From: Eledone cirrhosa
Lineage: Eukaryota
Assembly: GCA_964016885.1 (NCBI GenBank)
Contig: OZ024759.1
Span: 29,450,001 to 29,514,000, forward strand
Length of the DNA stretch: 64,000 bases
Reading direction: 5' to 3'
In this document: positions 12,218-26,246 of the stretch, piece after piece
How the letters are laid out: each line of letters starts with the position of its first letter
How positions within the stretch are numbered: position 1 is the first letter of the stretch
Program-made: the position numbers and the translations under genes
Notes under the pieces: generated by a model
Told to the model about the DNA's origin: nothing
Databases searched by the model: none
What the model saw: only the letters and a program-made list of their open reading frames with translations

Positions 12218-14273
12218 AATATACATGTTTAGTTTAATATTCTTTTTATTGATAATGTATGTAAATGATTTTCATTCCTTTTTACAGATGTCCAGCCATC
12301 AAGGCCATATGTGGTCTTTGCCGTAACAAGTGGGAATGTCGTAGTTTCTTTTAATAAATATACGAGAAAATTCATCGCTATACACACACACACACACACA
12401 TCTTTTAATAAAGAAAGTTTACACATTATATACGAATTGTATTCTGTTTATTTTGACAAAAATGAATAAAGAAAGTTTAGATCTTATATACGAGTTGTGT
12501 TCAGTTTATTTTGACAAAAATGAATAAAGAAATCAAGAGTCTAGAAGAAACCGAGTAAGACGTGATATAAAGAACGTAAGTGTTTATGAAGTTTCTAAAT
12601 AAAGAAACTAAGAGTTAGATAAAGTTTCTTGTAAGAAACTGAGAATGAAGAAGTTTCTAAATAAAGAAACTAAGAGGTAGATAAAGTTTCTTGAAAGAAA
12701 CTGAGAATAATGAAGTTTCTAAATAAAGAAACTAAGAATGTTTTTAAAATTATCGAAAAAATAATAAGATCCCCTCTTTTTAATTTTTTTTTATTAAAGG
12801 GAGGTAACTCTGTAATAATTTTGAAAGAATTACCTCCCTTTGAAACACCTTCGTCACCGTCGTTACCACCGTCGGCACCTTCGTAACCGTCGTCACCTTT
12901 ACCGCCGCCACCTGGTGGCGGAGGAAAAGATTCCGACGAAGACGAAGGTGCACCGTCGTCTTCGTCGGTACCTTTACCGCCGCCACCTGGTGGCGGAGGA
13001 AAAGATACCGACGAAGACGACGGTGCACCACCGTCTTCGTCGGTATCTTTTCCTCCGCCACCAGGTGGCGGCGGTAAAGGTGACGACGGTTACGAAGGTG
13101 CCGACGGTGACGAAGGTGTTTCAAAGGGAGGTAAATCCTCTCAAAATATTACAGAGTTACCTCCCTTTAATAAAAAAAAAAATTAAAAAGAGGGGATCTT
13201 ATTATTTTTTCGATAATTTTAAAAACATTCTTAGTTTCTTTATTTAGAAACTTCATTATTCTCAGTTTCTTTCAAGAAACTTTATCTACCTCTTAGTTTC
13301 TTTATTTAGAAACTTCTTCATTCTCAGTTTCTTACAAGAAACTTTATCTAACTCTTAGTTTCTTTATTTAGAAACTTCATAAACACTTACGTTCTTTATA
13401 TCACGTCTTACTCGGTTTCTTCTAGACTCTTGATTTCTTTATTCATTTTTGTCAAAATAAACTGAACACAACTCGTATATAAGATCTAAACTTTCTTTAT
13501 TCATTTTTGTCAAAATAAACAGAATACAATTCGTATATAATGTGTAAACTTTCTTTATTAAAAGATGTGTGGGTGTATAGCGATGAATTTTCTCGTATAT
13601 TTATTAAAAGAAACTACGACATTCCCACTTGTTACGGCAAACAACAAAGCATATGATCTTGATGGCTGGACATCTGTAAAAAGAAATGAGAGTCATTTAC
13701 ATACATTATCAATAAAAAGAATATTAAACTAAAAATGTATATTAAGTGTGTGTGTGTGTGTGTCAAAAAAGAAAGAAACTAAGAATGTAAATGGTTCTAT
13801 GTTATGTAGACAGGTGAAATATTCACTCTGACCAAAGACAACAGTTCTCAAAAGATTGTGGTTAATATTAATAACCAGAATATAGCAGGACCAAATGAGA
13901 TTCTACGATGGTAAAGTAACTATCAGAATCAAGCACAAGTCCTTCAGAAGGTTGCTACACATGAGAATCGAACTCATGATTGTAAAGCACGACTGCACAT
14001 CTAGTATGACACTCCAACGACTGACTGGGACATGTTGACAAAGAGAAAGTCCTCCAACACGAGGATATGATGAAGGGAAGTAGAAGTATATTATTTACCA
14101 ACTGCATATATGTGTCTGTGTGTGTGTATATATATATATATATGTGTGTGTGTGTATATATATATAAGTGTGTGTATATATATATATGTGTGTGTGTGTG
14201 TATATATAGCGATGAGTTTTCTCGTATATATATATATATATGTGTGTATGTGTGTGTGTGTATATACACACAC

Positions 14274-14311
<38 letters not shown>

Positions 14312-14327
14312 ATATATACATATATGT

Positions 14328-14475
14328 CTGTGTGGAGGTGGTGAGATCAGACCTCAGACCGCTGAAGCTCACGGAGGAGATGACGAAGGACCATGACAAG
14401 TGGAGAGATGCTGTGCTGAATAAGACCCGTCCCACCCTTGCAAGCAGGCGCAAGATGATGATGATGATGATGATG
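14328..14475 (+). mobile_element. 5'-truncated RTE 3' end
   Basis: EVVRSDLRPLKLTEEMTKDHDKWRDAV plus cccttgcaagc..(GAT)n. A related copy lies at 54785-55038 (-). Confidence 0.7.
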
Positions 14476-15098
14476 TGTGTGTGTGTGTATATATATAGCG
14501 ATGAGTTTTCTTGTATATATATATGTCTCGGTGTGTGTGTGTGTGTATATATATGTGTGTGTGTGTGGGGGGGGGGTATATATAGAGTTGAGTTTTCTCG
14601 TATATATATATATATTAGAAAGTGAACAACACAAAATATAACTACTCCATTACCAAAGGTTTCTGGGTCATAGACAATAATAGTAAACGTCTGGATCGGT
14701 CGTCAGACAGAGATGTTATCTTATTTGCCAACTTAAATAATATAGAAATACGCTAAATTTTATTTGATATGACCGAGAAATATGTGTGAGGTGGCATTAC
14801 ATTGGAAATACAACATAACGTGGAGGTGGGGCAGCAGCTCAACAAAACTATTGGTTAATTATTGCTGACATTATGGAGGGAAATAAACAGAAAATGTTTA
14901 AATGAAACTCATCAATATAAAATAAAGATTTACTAGCGTTGTTTCACGTTTCTCCAGATCAGTCTGTCGAAATGAGTTGGACAACATCAGTGGCGTGGGG
15001 AGGGAAGACAGCTGGTCTTCCACAAACAACCTTGCCCGGTCTCGGAGGGGAACTTTCTAGATGAAAATCCCATGGTCAATCGTGAGGGTCTTTACCCT

Positions 15099-15147
<49 letters not shown>

Positions 15148-15148
15148 T

Positions 15149-15395
15149 TGAAGAATAACATGGGGTCGGCTGTACAAAAAGATTTTATTTCTAGTATTAT
15201 CAAAAGTTTCATTGACCAGGTGAGTCTAAAGGCGGCTAATCACAGTGTTTACCTCTGATCAGAGGTAAACACTGTATTTAAGGTCGACTGAGGCAACTTC
15301 GAGTGATTAGCGACCTTTTGACTCACCTGATCAATGAAACAATTATTAATACTATAAATAAAACCTTTTTGTACAGCCGACCATGTCATTCTTCA
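15149..15395. repeat. Fold-back palindrome containing an HHR-like 3' half
   Basis: Arms ggtcggctgtacaaaaag / ctttttgtacagccgacc; inner perfect palindrome at 15242-15275; GAAAC at 15336 after a long stem, then AATAAA. Confidence 0.7.
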
Positions 15396-15565
15396 CTCTT
15401 TCACTATTATTACTCCAAGAATAACCTGCATGGGAATTCTCGCGAACTCGCTACCTAACTAAGGAAACCTCTTGTTGTGTCCAACAACACCATACACTAA
15501 AACTATCCACAATACGGAGTACTCACAACCTCTAACTGGATCACCTATAACGATAACTTGTTATC

Positions 15566-15620
<55 letters not shown>

Positions 15621-16799
15621 TATACAAATAGGGGGTAACTTCCTTTGTTATACTTTGTTTTGTGTGTATATATATATATATATATATACCATTATTCAAG
15701 AGTACTTGATACTTGGGATAGTAAAGTGTGACTCTGCCAGTATATTCATATATACTTATCTATATCGAAACACACACACATATATATATACATATATGAA
15801 TGTGTATACATATATAGTGATTGCTTAATCTTTGCAAATGATTGCCGTTTCCCTATGCAACCCCTAGTATTGATGTACCCAGATTTAGAGAGCAGTAGAA
15901 GACCACACACTTCACAACTCCAGCTCCCTATGTTCTTATTGATAACAAGAGAAATAGAGAAGATAATAAAAATGTAGCTGCATATAGAGAAGGTATGTGT
16001 CTAGTGAAGAATGTGTATGTCTCTAAAAAGGAAAGGTGTAAATCGAATTATGTCAACAAAGAAAATATATGTATAAAGAGGTTTAGTTTCTACGAATAAA
16101 ATGTACATATTGATATGGTGTGTGTAGAGAGTTATATTGTATACAAAGAAAACATTACATACCTCTTTAAATGAACGTAATATCCAAAATGATCTTTTTC
16201 AAAGAACCGGAAATCAATAAAAAAAAAAAGCAACAGAAGAGTTCCATAAAGGGGAAATAACTATAATAAAAAAACGATTGCTCGTGCAGGCCAGCATATA
16301 ACCAGCCTTCAAATAGTCCTGGCTACCGAGGCCGCGTGCCCTCGCAACGATTCGATCTTCCAACACACAGAATGTGTCACGCCATACTTAAGTTGGCGAC
16401 GAAGTCCGAACCGCTACGTGCATCGCCACGCGAGGCCATAAGTTTACTAAGTAAATTAGTCATACTTATAGGTAAAATTTTATTTATTTAAAAATAAAAA
16501 TTATAGAAACGGAAAGAAAGTAAGATAACACGCTTCAAAATATATTCTGTTACCTTACTCTCATTCCGTTTCTATATATATATTCATTTTGAAACTACTA
16601 GTATTTTGTACAAATATACAATTAATATGTAAGTAAATATACTTGTTTCTGGAAATAAAAAATGAAAACTCTCAGAGTACCAGACTCTCCCTATCCATGG
16701 ATAGGATTAACTCTCTAACTATTGAGTGTACTTGAGCAACACGAAATAAAGTTTTTTTCTTTTAAAAGAACACTTTTGCCTGCTAACTATTATGTTCTC

Positions 16800-17313
16800 T
16801 AATTTTTCCTTTATGTTCTATTTCAGCATGTTGGTGGAGTATTGATGAGTCTTCTATCTTGGAGTTCTCGCCAGTGTTCATTTAATTGTTCTCCTATGCT
16901 ACGAGCTGTCTCACCTATGTACATTATATTCTTACTTCTACATTATCCCTCAGTACATCTTATGCTATATACTATGTTTCTAGTTTTACAGTTAATATGG
17001 GGGCTTAGCTTACAGATTATGCATTTCTTATCTATACAGGGAGCTTTCAAAAGGGTATGTATTACTAATTAGTTTTTTTTATGGAGGTACCTGGTCTTTC
17101 CACTATCTTAATATTTAGTTTAAGTTTATCTAGGGCCCTTCTAAATTTGTGACAAAAGAACTTTGACAATATATAAACAACCATCTGATTATGGAACCAA
17201 CCAACCGGAAATTTATATTTATAAAATTTATAAAATATATAATAAACTGAAGTGAAAGCAACTGGTGCGTGTGTTTCTTCTTGGCAACATTACCCTCCCA
17301 AAGTATAACAATA
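16800..17313 (-). mobile_element. Penelope-like element remnant: GIY-YIG fragment (-) with inverted pseudo-LTR piece (+)
   Basis: Minus translation PCIDKKCIICKLSPHINCKTRNIVYSIRCTEG*C..MYIGETARSIGEQLNEH. 17145-17313 (+) matches the 3' end of the copy at 26970-27110. Confidence 0.75.
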
Positions 17314-17336
17314 TATAAATATACACACATATATAT

Positions 17337-17389
<53 letters not shown>

Positions 17390-17398
17390 TATATATAT

Positions 17399-17449
<51 letters not shown>

Positions 17450-17454
17450 CATAC

Positions 17455-17750
17455 ATATGTTGGTGCCACAACATCCAGGCTGAAACAAATGAGGTCGTGT
17501 AGGTGTCACGACAAAAAAAAAAACACACAGTCCACGCTGTAATGTGGCCGTGTAGGTAACACAGTAAAAACCTCCCAGTCCCACACTGTAAATGTGGTTG
17601 GTGTTAGGAAGGGCATCCAGCTGTAGAAAACCCGCCAGACAAGACAACCACTCTGCGAGCAAGACAACCACTCTTGCCTCAAGTGGGAAAACTCCCGTCC
17701 AAACCCATGCAAGCGTGGAATGTGGACGTTAAACAATGATGATGATGATG
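17455..17750 (+). mobile_element. Short RTE 3'UTR copy (also 20022-20232 -, 29660-29860 -, 31085-31195 -, 43415-43710 +)
   Basis: Near-identical to the 3'UTR at 46976-47270; ends ccgtccaaacccatgcaagcgtgg..acgttaaac..(GAT)n. Confidence 0.8.
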
Positions 17751-17812
17751 TATATATACGTACATATATATATACGTACATATATATATACATACATATA
17801 TATGTATATATA

Positions 17813-19103
17813 TGAGGGGGGATCAAAAAGTTCGCGTAATTTTATCGTAGTAAGAAAAAAATAGATTAAAACAATATTAAACATGTCAGAACATTGTCAC
17901 TGGATGTTTACGTTGCTATTAGTCACTTGTAGTCAGTTATGCGTGGACTATTGTACAGTACTGACACTCTTTTAAAAAACCTCTTTTTGGAACAATGGAA
18001 AATAGTTATTTTGAGATAAGATCGAATATCAAGTTTCTGGTGAAACTCAAATGGAAAGGGACACAGATTATGGAGGCTTTAGTTAAAGTTTACAGTACTA
18101 CTGCTCCAAAGAAAACTGCTGTCTACAAATGGATTCAGCGATTCAAACAAGGGAGAGACGACCATCACAGTGGAAGACTAGGAACATCAAAACATGACCA
18201 AAACATTGAGGCTGCTCAGACTTTAATTGAAGATCGAAGAATAACAGTTAATCAGTTAGCTAAGTCCCTAGACTTTTCATATGGTCCAGCAAATTCAATT
18301 CTGCACGATAATTTGGGACTAAGCAAGCTTTCAGCGTGATGGGTCCCAAAAGCGTTGCGCCCTGATCAGCTGATTCTTCGAAGTGATCTGTCTTTGGCGA
18401 TATTAAACAAAATTGAAGTTGATGAAGAGCATTTCCTGACCAGAATCATCACCGGAGATGAAACCTAGATCTACCAGTATGATGCTGAATACAAACAGCA
18501 GTCAAAACAGTGGCTTCCACGTGGATCATCGGGGCCAATCAAGTTCAAATCTCAAAAGTCGGATCAAAAAGTGATGGCCACCATTTTCTGGGATTCAGAT
18601 GGGGTGATACTAATAGATTATCTTGAAGGTCTAAGAACTGTGACAGGAGCTTACTATGCAAATGTTTTAAGGAAACTGAAAGAGGCATTAGTCAAGAAAC
18701 GAAAAAGGAAACTTCATGGTGGGATCTTGTTTCACCATGACAATGCACCAGCGCATTCTGCGTGGGTTGCAAAAGAAGTTCTTCGGGAATTTCGATGGGA
18801 AGTGCTTCCTCACCCGCCTTATAGTACAGATTTAGCCCCATCAGACTTTTTCCTCTTTCCAAAACTCAAAGAAATGCTAAAAGGAACCTGTTTTAGTGGT
18901 GTTGAAGAAGCTAAAAACACTGCCAACACATGGTTTCGAACAAGGCCTTCAACTTAGACGGCTTACGAAGCTGGAAGCATCACCTTGTCAAGTGTATTGA
19001 CCTGGATGGCAACTATATAGAAAAATAAATTGAAAGCAAATCATATTTTTTGAAAAATAGAATATTTTCTGAAAAATTACGCGAACTTTTTTATCCTCCC
19101 TCG
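17813..19103 (+). mobile_element. Mariner (DD34D) transposon, ~1.29 kb, decayed
   Basis: TIRs tgaggggggatcaaaaagttcgcgtaatttt / aaaattacgcgaacttttttatcctccctcg, with TA on both sides. Confidence 0.93.
17995..19028 (+). pseudogene. Mariner transposase with in-frame stops
   Basis: HTH region, SA*WVPK, ITGDET*IYQYD, FHHDNAPAH and HPPYSTDLAPSDFFLF. Confidence 0.92.
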
Positions 19104-19639
19104 TACATACATATATATGTATATGTACATACATACATATATATATATACATATATATGTATATATACATATATATATATATACATATATATGTATATAT
19201 ACATATATATATACATATATATATATACATATATATGTATATATATATACATATATGTATATATATATATATATATACATACATACATATATATGTATAT
19301 ATACATACATATATATATACATACATATATATGTATATATACATACATATATATGTATATATACATACATATATATATACATACATACATACATATGTAT
19401 ATACACATACATATGTATATATATATACATACATATGGTGGCTGCCAACTCGTTTTCGAGTACGGCCACTACTTTATATCCATGTAGGAGAAGCCCTACC
19501 GATGCGTTGAACGAGTGTGACTTTTTAGTGCAGCCAGCGACTTGAAAACTGGTACAAACATGGTACATGTGATGGCAAGTGCAGAGAGATCTCCAGATAT
19601 GAAGCAATGCCTGTGCCGTGAAGCTTTTATAGTGAGCAA

Positions 19640-20003
19640 AGGCACTGCACAAAGCCAGTCCCACTCTCTTAACCAAGATGATATTTACCAAAAAGAAGAA
19701 CAAGTCAACATCATTGGATACCATCGGGGTTGCAGGTGTTATATCAGAGTTTTCCTTCTCCTAGAATTCTGTCTTGACAAAGGCTAAGGGGTCATCTCTC
19801 CCAGTGATTTTGGATGGCCATTGACTCTTAAGAGCTCCTTTGCCCTTTGACAGGTTTTGTTTTTAGTCCTGCAGGATGTCCAAAGTCACCCTCCTCACCA
19901 AGAAACCTTGGTGGGGTTGCCAGTTTAGTCGCCAACGACCCGACCATGAGACAGGTTGTACTGGGATACATGTTACCAGTAGCACCAACTGGTGACCTGA
20001 CAT
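19640..20003 (-). mobile_element. Dispersed repeat resembling an RTE 5' leader (second copy 58475-58880 +)
   Basis: Both copies start atgtcaggtc and share ccagtacaacctgt..catggtcgggtcgt.ggcgactaaac.ggcaaccccaccaag..cttggtgaggagggtga. Confidence 0.55.
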
Positions 20004-20603
20004 ACATATATATCATCATCATCATCATCAGGTTTAGCGTCCGTGTTCCACGCTTGCATGGGTTTGGACGGGGGTTTTCCCACTTGAGGCAAGAGTGGTT
20101 GTCTTGCTCGCATAGGACTGTCTGGCGGGTTTTCTACAGTTGGATGCCCTTCCTAACACCAACCACATTTACAGTGTGGGGCTGGGAGGTTTTTACCGTG
20201 TTGCCTACACGGCCACATTACAGCGTGGACTGTATATGTATATATATGTATATATACATACATATATATACATATATATATATACATATATATACATATA
20301 TATATATACATATATATACATATATATATACACATATATATACATATATATATACACATATATATACATATATATATACACATATATATACATATATATA
20401 TATACATATATATATATACGTATATATATACATATATATATACGTATATATATACATATATATATACATATACATACATATATATATATACATATATATA
20501 CATATATATATATACATATATATATATACATATATATACATATAAATATATATATATATACATATATATACATATAAATATATATATATATACATATATA
20601 TAC

Positions 20604-20634
<31 letters not shown>

Positions 20635-20791
20635 TATACATATAAATATATATATATATACATATATATACATATAAATATATATATATATATACATACA
20701 TATGTATATATATACATATATATATATATACATATATATATATGTATATATACATACATATATATATATATATACATACACACATATATAT

Positions 20792-20838
<47 letters not shown>

Positions 20839-22439
20839 CATATATATATATACACATACACATATATATATATACATATATATTTATATATATACATACA
20901 TTTACAAATGAACCCTCCTTGCATATTTACTTGATTCAGATGGAATGTCCGCTGACCAACGTCCACGTGACGTACGTCCGACTGAATATTACAGAGCCTC
21001 TCTTATTCATGTCCGCACTAGGCCATGACTTGAAGAAAAAGAGGCCATAATCGGTGCCCCTATTCTTCTCTTCCGGTAAGAAGTCCCCATGCTTCCAGCA
21101 CTCCCTTTTTGGCAGCTTCCACATGTCTCTCACCCCGAGTTGGGCGGCGCCTTCGTTCTTCTCTTCATCGAAGTCTGTCAAATCAACGATTCTACGGACA
21201 TCCAAGACGTGACACAGCATTCCATCCATTGAGGTGTGCATTCGGGGGCTCGACCCCCCAACGTTGCAAGAATTGACGATGCGCTTGCGACCTGTCTTGG
21301 GGAGGCTCGGAATGAACGGACAAAGATTGCCTATTTCGAGGGCCCAGAAGAGAACTAATTTTAACAATTGATAAATATTGCTATAAAGAAAAGTTCAAAA
21401 AGAATTTCAAGGGAGATCACTCTCGAATAAGTTTATAACAAGGGAAATAATTCGTACAATTTAACACTGAAATCTTCAGCTGCTAAAATTAGCAGCCAAA
21501 GCTATATTATGTCACACTGTAAAAAGAGATGAGATGGTCATGGTCGGAATACCATTGACCGTAAGTTTCCTCGACCACTTTACATCTATAGCTAAATAAC
21601 ATATGTACCACAGTAAACTACTTTTGGATTTTCGTCAGTTTCTACGATGAATGTTCCAGCTATTTAAACAACGTACAAACTGCTTGTGAGTAGAATTACG
21701 GTGCAAGTGGCTGAGCATTCCACAGACAAATACAAGCTTAACATAGTTCTCAGGGGGATTCAACGTGACATTGTGTGACAAGGCTGCCCTTTTGAATAAC
21801 AGATTGAACTCAGTTTCGCAACTGAGTGAATTAGAGCAACGTGAAATGAAGTGACTGAATGGCAATCCAACTGACGACCTTATGATTGGAAGCCGAATCT
21901 TCCTAACAACTAAGCCACACACCTTTACACCACAATACGTGCGTGCGGAGCGAGAGAGGGTGAGAAAGCAAGGAAAGAGGAAGGAGAGAGGAAGGGGAGA
22001 GAGGGAGGAAGTGGAGAGAGACAGGAAGGCAAATGGAGAGAGAGAAAGGGAAGGAGAGAGCGAGAAAGAAAGATTTTTTCCCATTTTGGCTTTGCTTCAG
22101 GGCACACTGTGCCACACAGCCAAGGAATCGAACTGACGACTTACCAACTGTGAAACGAACACCAAAACTACTAAAGCACGCGTCTCCACTGCAATCTGCA
22201 ATGGCTTACAGCAACAACAACAACACAACAGTAGCAACACCACCACCACCAACAATAACAACATCAACACCACCAACAATAACAACATCAACACCACCAC
22301 CAACAATAACAACATCAACACCACCACCACCAACAATAACAACATCAACACCACCACCAACAACATCAACAACACCACCACCAACAACAACAATAACAGC
22401 AACAACATATTTTTATTTGGATGCAGAATGCCCAAATTG

Positions 22440-22760
22440 TTAAGAAGTTTGCTTCGCTACCACCAGGTCGTTGGTTTGAACCCACCGCATGACATCTTAA
22501 GAAAGTAGTTCCAGCTGCAGGCATCGAAAGACTGGTGTAGTGGTTCTGAGAACAATGCGGCTTTGCAGATGGTCAATGTAAATTGACAATGGAAAGGTGC
22601 TCCCGCTCGAGTTAGAAGGGAACTATTGACCTTCAGGAGAAGCAGCGACCCCTGGTTGTATTCAGCAACCCAAACAAATATGAAGTACACCAAATCCAAT
22701 GTTCCTAGGAGCGGCCCTGGTTCTTCTTATTTGCGAGTGTAAAGATTAGATTTGATTAAG
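22440..22760 (+). pseudogene. Possible restriction-like endonuclease end of an R2/HERO-group non-LTR element
   Basis: Broken frames give VVVL..NGKVLPLE..KQI..FFLF, weakly like the 'GWK..PLEVG.RG' RLE motif; heavily decayed. Confidence 0.25.
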
Positions 22761-22791
22761 AAAGTCTCCGCCACCACAACCTTGAGACGAC

Positions 22792-23097
22792 TAAGGCCGG
22801 ATTTAATAGAGGCCAAAATGGGGCAATTGCCCAAGGCCCCTGCAGTGAGGGACCCCACCAGCGACGTCTGTAGCAATTGATTTGCTCCCTTAGCTGGTCT
22901 TTTTAGTTTTAGGATGGTTAGAATTTTTTAATTTAATACCTCTATGTATAACTTTTTAACTCTAATTACTTGCACCAAACTAACTTTGATATGTACATTT
23001 GGGGATTCGCTGTGTATTCTAATTTTTTGTGTATGACGGACCCCGCCCCAAAATCCCCAAAGTACCCCGGGTCCCCCAAGGGTTAAATCTAACCCTG
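22792..23097. mobile_element. hAT-type MITE
   Basis: Imperfect TIR taaggccggatttaa / ttaaatctaaccctg, GGGCCC-like subterminal motifs, and 8-bp flanks gagacgac / ggtacgac (6/8 match). Confidence 0.5.
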
Positions 23098-23393
23098 GGT
23101 ACGACCCATGCCTTGTGAGTGAAATTGTGTAGACAGAAACTGCCTGGAAGCCTGTTAGATGAACTACAGTATCTGTAATTCAAAGGGACCAGCTTTGTCA
23201 CAAATTGTTGTGCTGAATCTCCCTGAGAAATACACTAATGGAACACGTGTCAGTGGAATGTTGAGTCACTTCTATGTTAAATTAACAACACAGATGTCCA
23301 GGCTAATTAGTTCTCTACAACGAACAGTTTATGTACTTTCGGGACAAAGTTAAAGAAACATTGTTTCACTCACAATCTAAATATACATTAGTG

Positions 23394-23456
<63 letters not shown>

Positions 23457-23476
23457 CGTATATACATAGAAACACG

Positions 23477-23510
<34 letters not shown>

Positions 23511-23654
23511 AGTATATGTATGTATATATATGTATATATGCATATATATGTATACATATATGAATATGTATATATATATATGTGTATATATATGTATATA
23601 AATTTATATATATATGCATATATATGTATGTATATAAGTATATATATATATGTG

Positions 23655-23732
<78 letters not shown>

Positions 23733-23775
23733 TATATATGTATGTATATAAGTATATATATATGTGCACACACAC

Positions 23776-23808
<33 letters not shown>

Positions 23809-23814
23809 TGCATA

Positions 23815-23845
<31 letters not shown>

Positions 23846-24079
23846 GCATATATATGTATATATATATATATATATATGCATATATATGTATGTATATATG
23901 CATATACACAAACACATAGACACACCTCTTCTGTTTGGATCTTGGTTACGATTCTTGCTGACGCTGCAGAGTGTTACAAGGTCAACAGTTCTGGTGTCTA
24001 TCATGTGTGTGTGTGTATATATATATATATATGTGTGTGTATATGTATGTGTGTGTATATATATATATATATATGTGAG

Positions 24080-24110
<31 letters not shown>

Positions 24111-24143
24111 GAATGTATTTATGTATATATATATGTATATGTG

Positions 24144-24188
<45 letters not shown>

Positions 24189-24450
24189 GTGTGTATATAT
24201 ATGTAAGTATGTATGTTTGTGTATATGCATATATATGTATGTGTGTGTGTATATATATATCTATGTATGTATGTTTGTGTAAATGCATATATATGTTTGT
24301 GTGTGTGTATATATAGATGTATGTATGTATGTTTGTGTATATGCATATGTATGTATGTATGTATGTGTGTGTGTATATGTATTTATATGAATGTATATAT
24401 ATATGTAAGTGCACACATATGTACGTATGTACTCACATATGTATGTATGT

Positions 24451-24576
<126 letters not shown>

Positions 24577-25029
24577 ATGTATATGTATGTGCACATACAT
24601 TTATGTCACTATGTAACGAAATAACTGAGTAAGATGTCTGCGTATTCCAATTCACGCAAAACGCAGCCTTTAATAAACAGACAGGAACATCCTGGTCATT
24701 CACCAAATATTCCTTCCCTTCATCCTTACACACTTCCTTCTCTCCATTCTTCCTTTTTATCTTCTTTACTTTCATCATCACCCTCGGGGAGGGGTGGGGA
24801 CGGAGGGTTCTCTCTTACGTGCCCTTTCTTCTTTGTATTTTTTCTTTTTTTTGTTTGTCCCCCCCACTCATTCTTGCCCTCCCCCCACCCCCAGCTCCCC
24901 ACTTCCCTCCTCACTGCAACCCACACGGCACCCACACCACGCCACCCCGCACCACCCCACTGCTACACGAGAAGTTATCGTTCAACCTGAAAGACATATG
25001 CTTGCTTCATAAGCTAATAAACCATCTCT

Positions 25030-25065
<36 letters not shown>

Positions 25066-25271
25066 ACCTCCATCTTCCCTTAGCATAGATAACAAGTAGA
25101 AGCACACCCTCTCCACACCATCACCACCAGCACTACAGCCGTCTAACACGTGTGTGTATTTATGTATGTATATATACACACACATATATATATATTCTTA
25201 ATTATATATACACATAGCCCTATACAGAGGTATATATATATATATATATATATACATAGCCCTATACAAAC

Positions 25272-25305
<34 letters not shown>

Positions 25306-25361
25306 CCTTATACAGACGTATATATATATATATATATACATACATACAGAGCCCTATACAA

Positions 25362-25397
<36 letters not shown>

Positions 25398-25409
25398 CCC
25401 TATACAGAC

Positions 25410-25453
<44 letters not shown>

Positions 25454-25536
25454 ATATATTTGTCATATGATGCAGAAAAATCACTCTAGCAGAGATGTTA
25501 ATAATCAATATTTTGTTCATTAATAAATGTGAATAA

Positions 25537-25655
25537 TTTTTTCTAACACTGTTTCGCTACAGCAAAAATAATTTTGGCCTATGAAAACAATTGTTATGCA
25601 ATCACTTAACACTACCCCAGCAAGTAATGTTGCTGCAGCTCTTCAGAGGAAAAAA
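25537..25655 (-). ncRNA. Hammerhead ribozyme motif with long stem II
   Basis: UUUUCCU CUGAAGA GCUGCAGCAA..UUGCUGUAGC GAAAC AGU GUU AGAAAAA; 10-bp stem II base. Confidence 0.7.
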
Positions 25656-26246
25656 TAATTTTTATCTATGTGAGTGAGGAATGAGTTTTATAGGTAGAGT
25701 CAATAAAGACAAATCAGTGGAAGCAGGTTAATTGGTGTTTAAAGATTGATGGGATGGTTCAGGTGCTGTCAGAAATCCAGTTGTGGTACGTCCATTCTAC
25801 TTTATTTTTAGAGAATTGAATAAATTTATGAGTATTCTGGATAGAGAGTTATTCATATTTATTTTAAGCTTTCTGACTATATATATGTTCCTAGGAAATA
25901 GATTGGGTTTATTTTTAGTGTATGGGTTTTGGAGATCAGCAGGTTGGTTTAGCTGGAAATATAATGTAGCTAGAGAGAGGTGTAGTTCATTGGAATTTAG
26001 AATTTAGTTGATTAGGTGATAGGTGCAGTGTATTTAGAAAATGTTTTTAGTGTCTTGTGTGGGCAGTTAAAAATATAGTCATGTTTCTCCTTTCCTCACC
26101 TCTCTCCCTTTCTCTCGTCTCTCCTTTCCTCTCATCACTCAGATCCTCACATTTCTCCCCTCCTCTCATCACTCCCTCATACCTTATGTCTTTGTCTCAC
26201 CTCATCTCTTGTCCCCTTTTTTCTTGCTTTAATTTTTGTTTGTCTA

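Larger units (their letters stand above)
11088..14705. repeat. ~3.6-kb foldback (long inverted repeat) with GC-rich central hairpins
   Basis: 11822-12840 is the reverse complement of 13123-14104. An outer match pairs 11088-11140 with 14651-14705. The motif tacgagaaaactcatcgctata occurs on + in the left arm and on - in the right arm. Confidence 0.92.

Noticed and set aside
12780-13247. Mirror ORFs MKHLRHRR.. on both strands
   Set aside because: A by-product of the GC-rich palindrome; TTG starts and no recognisable domain.
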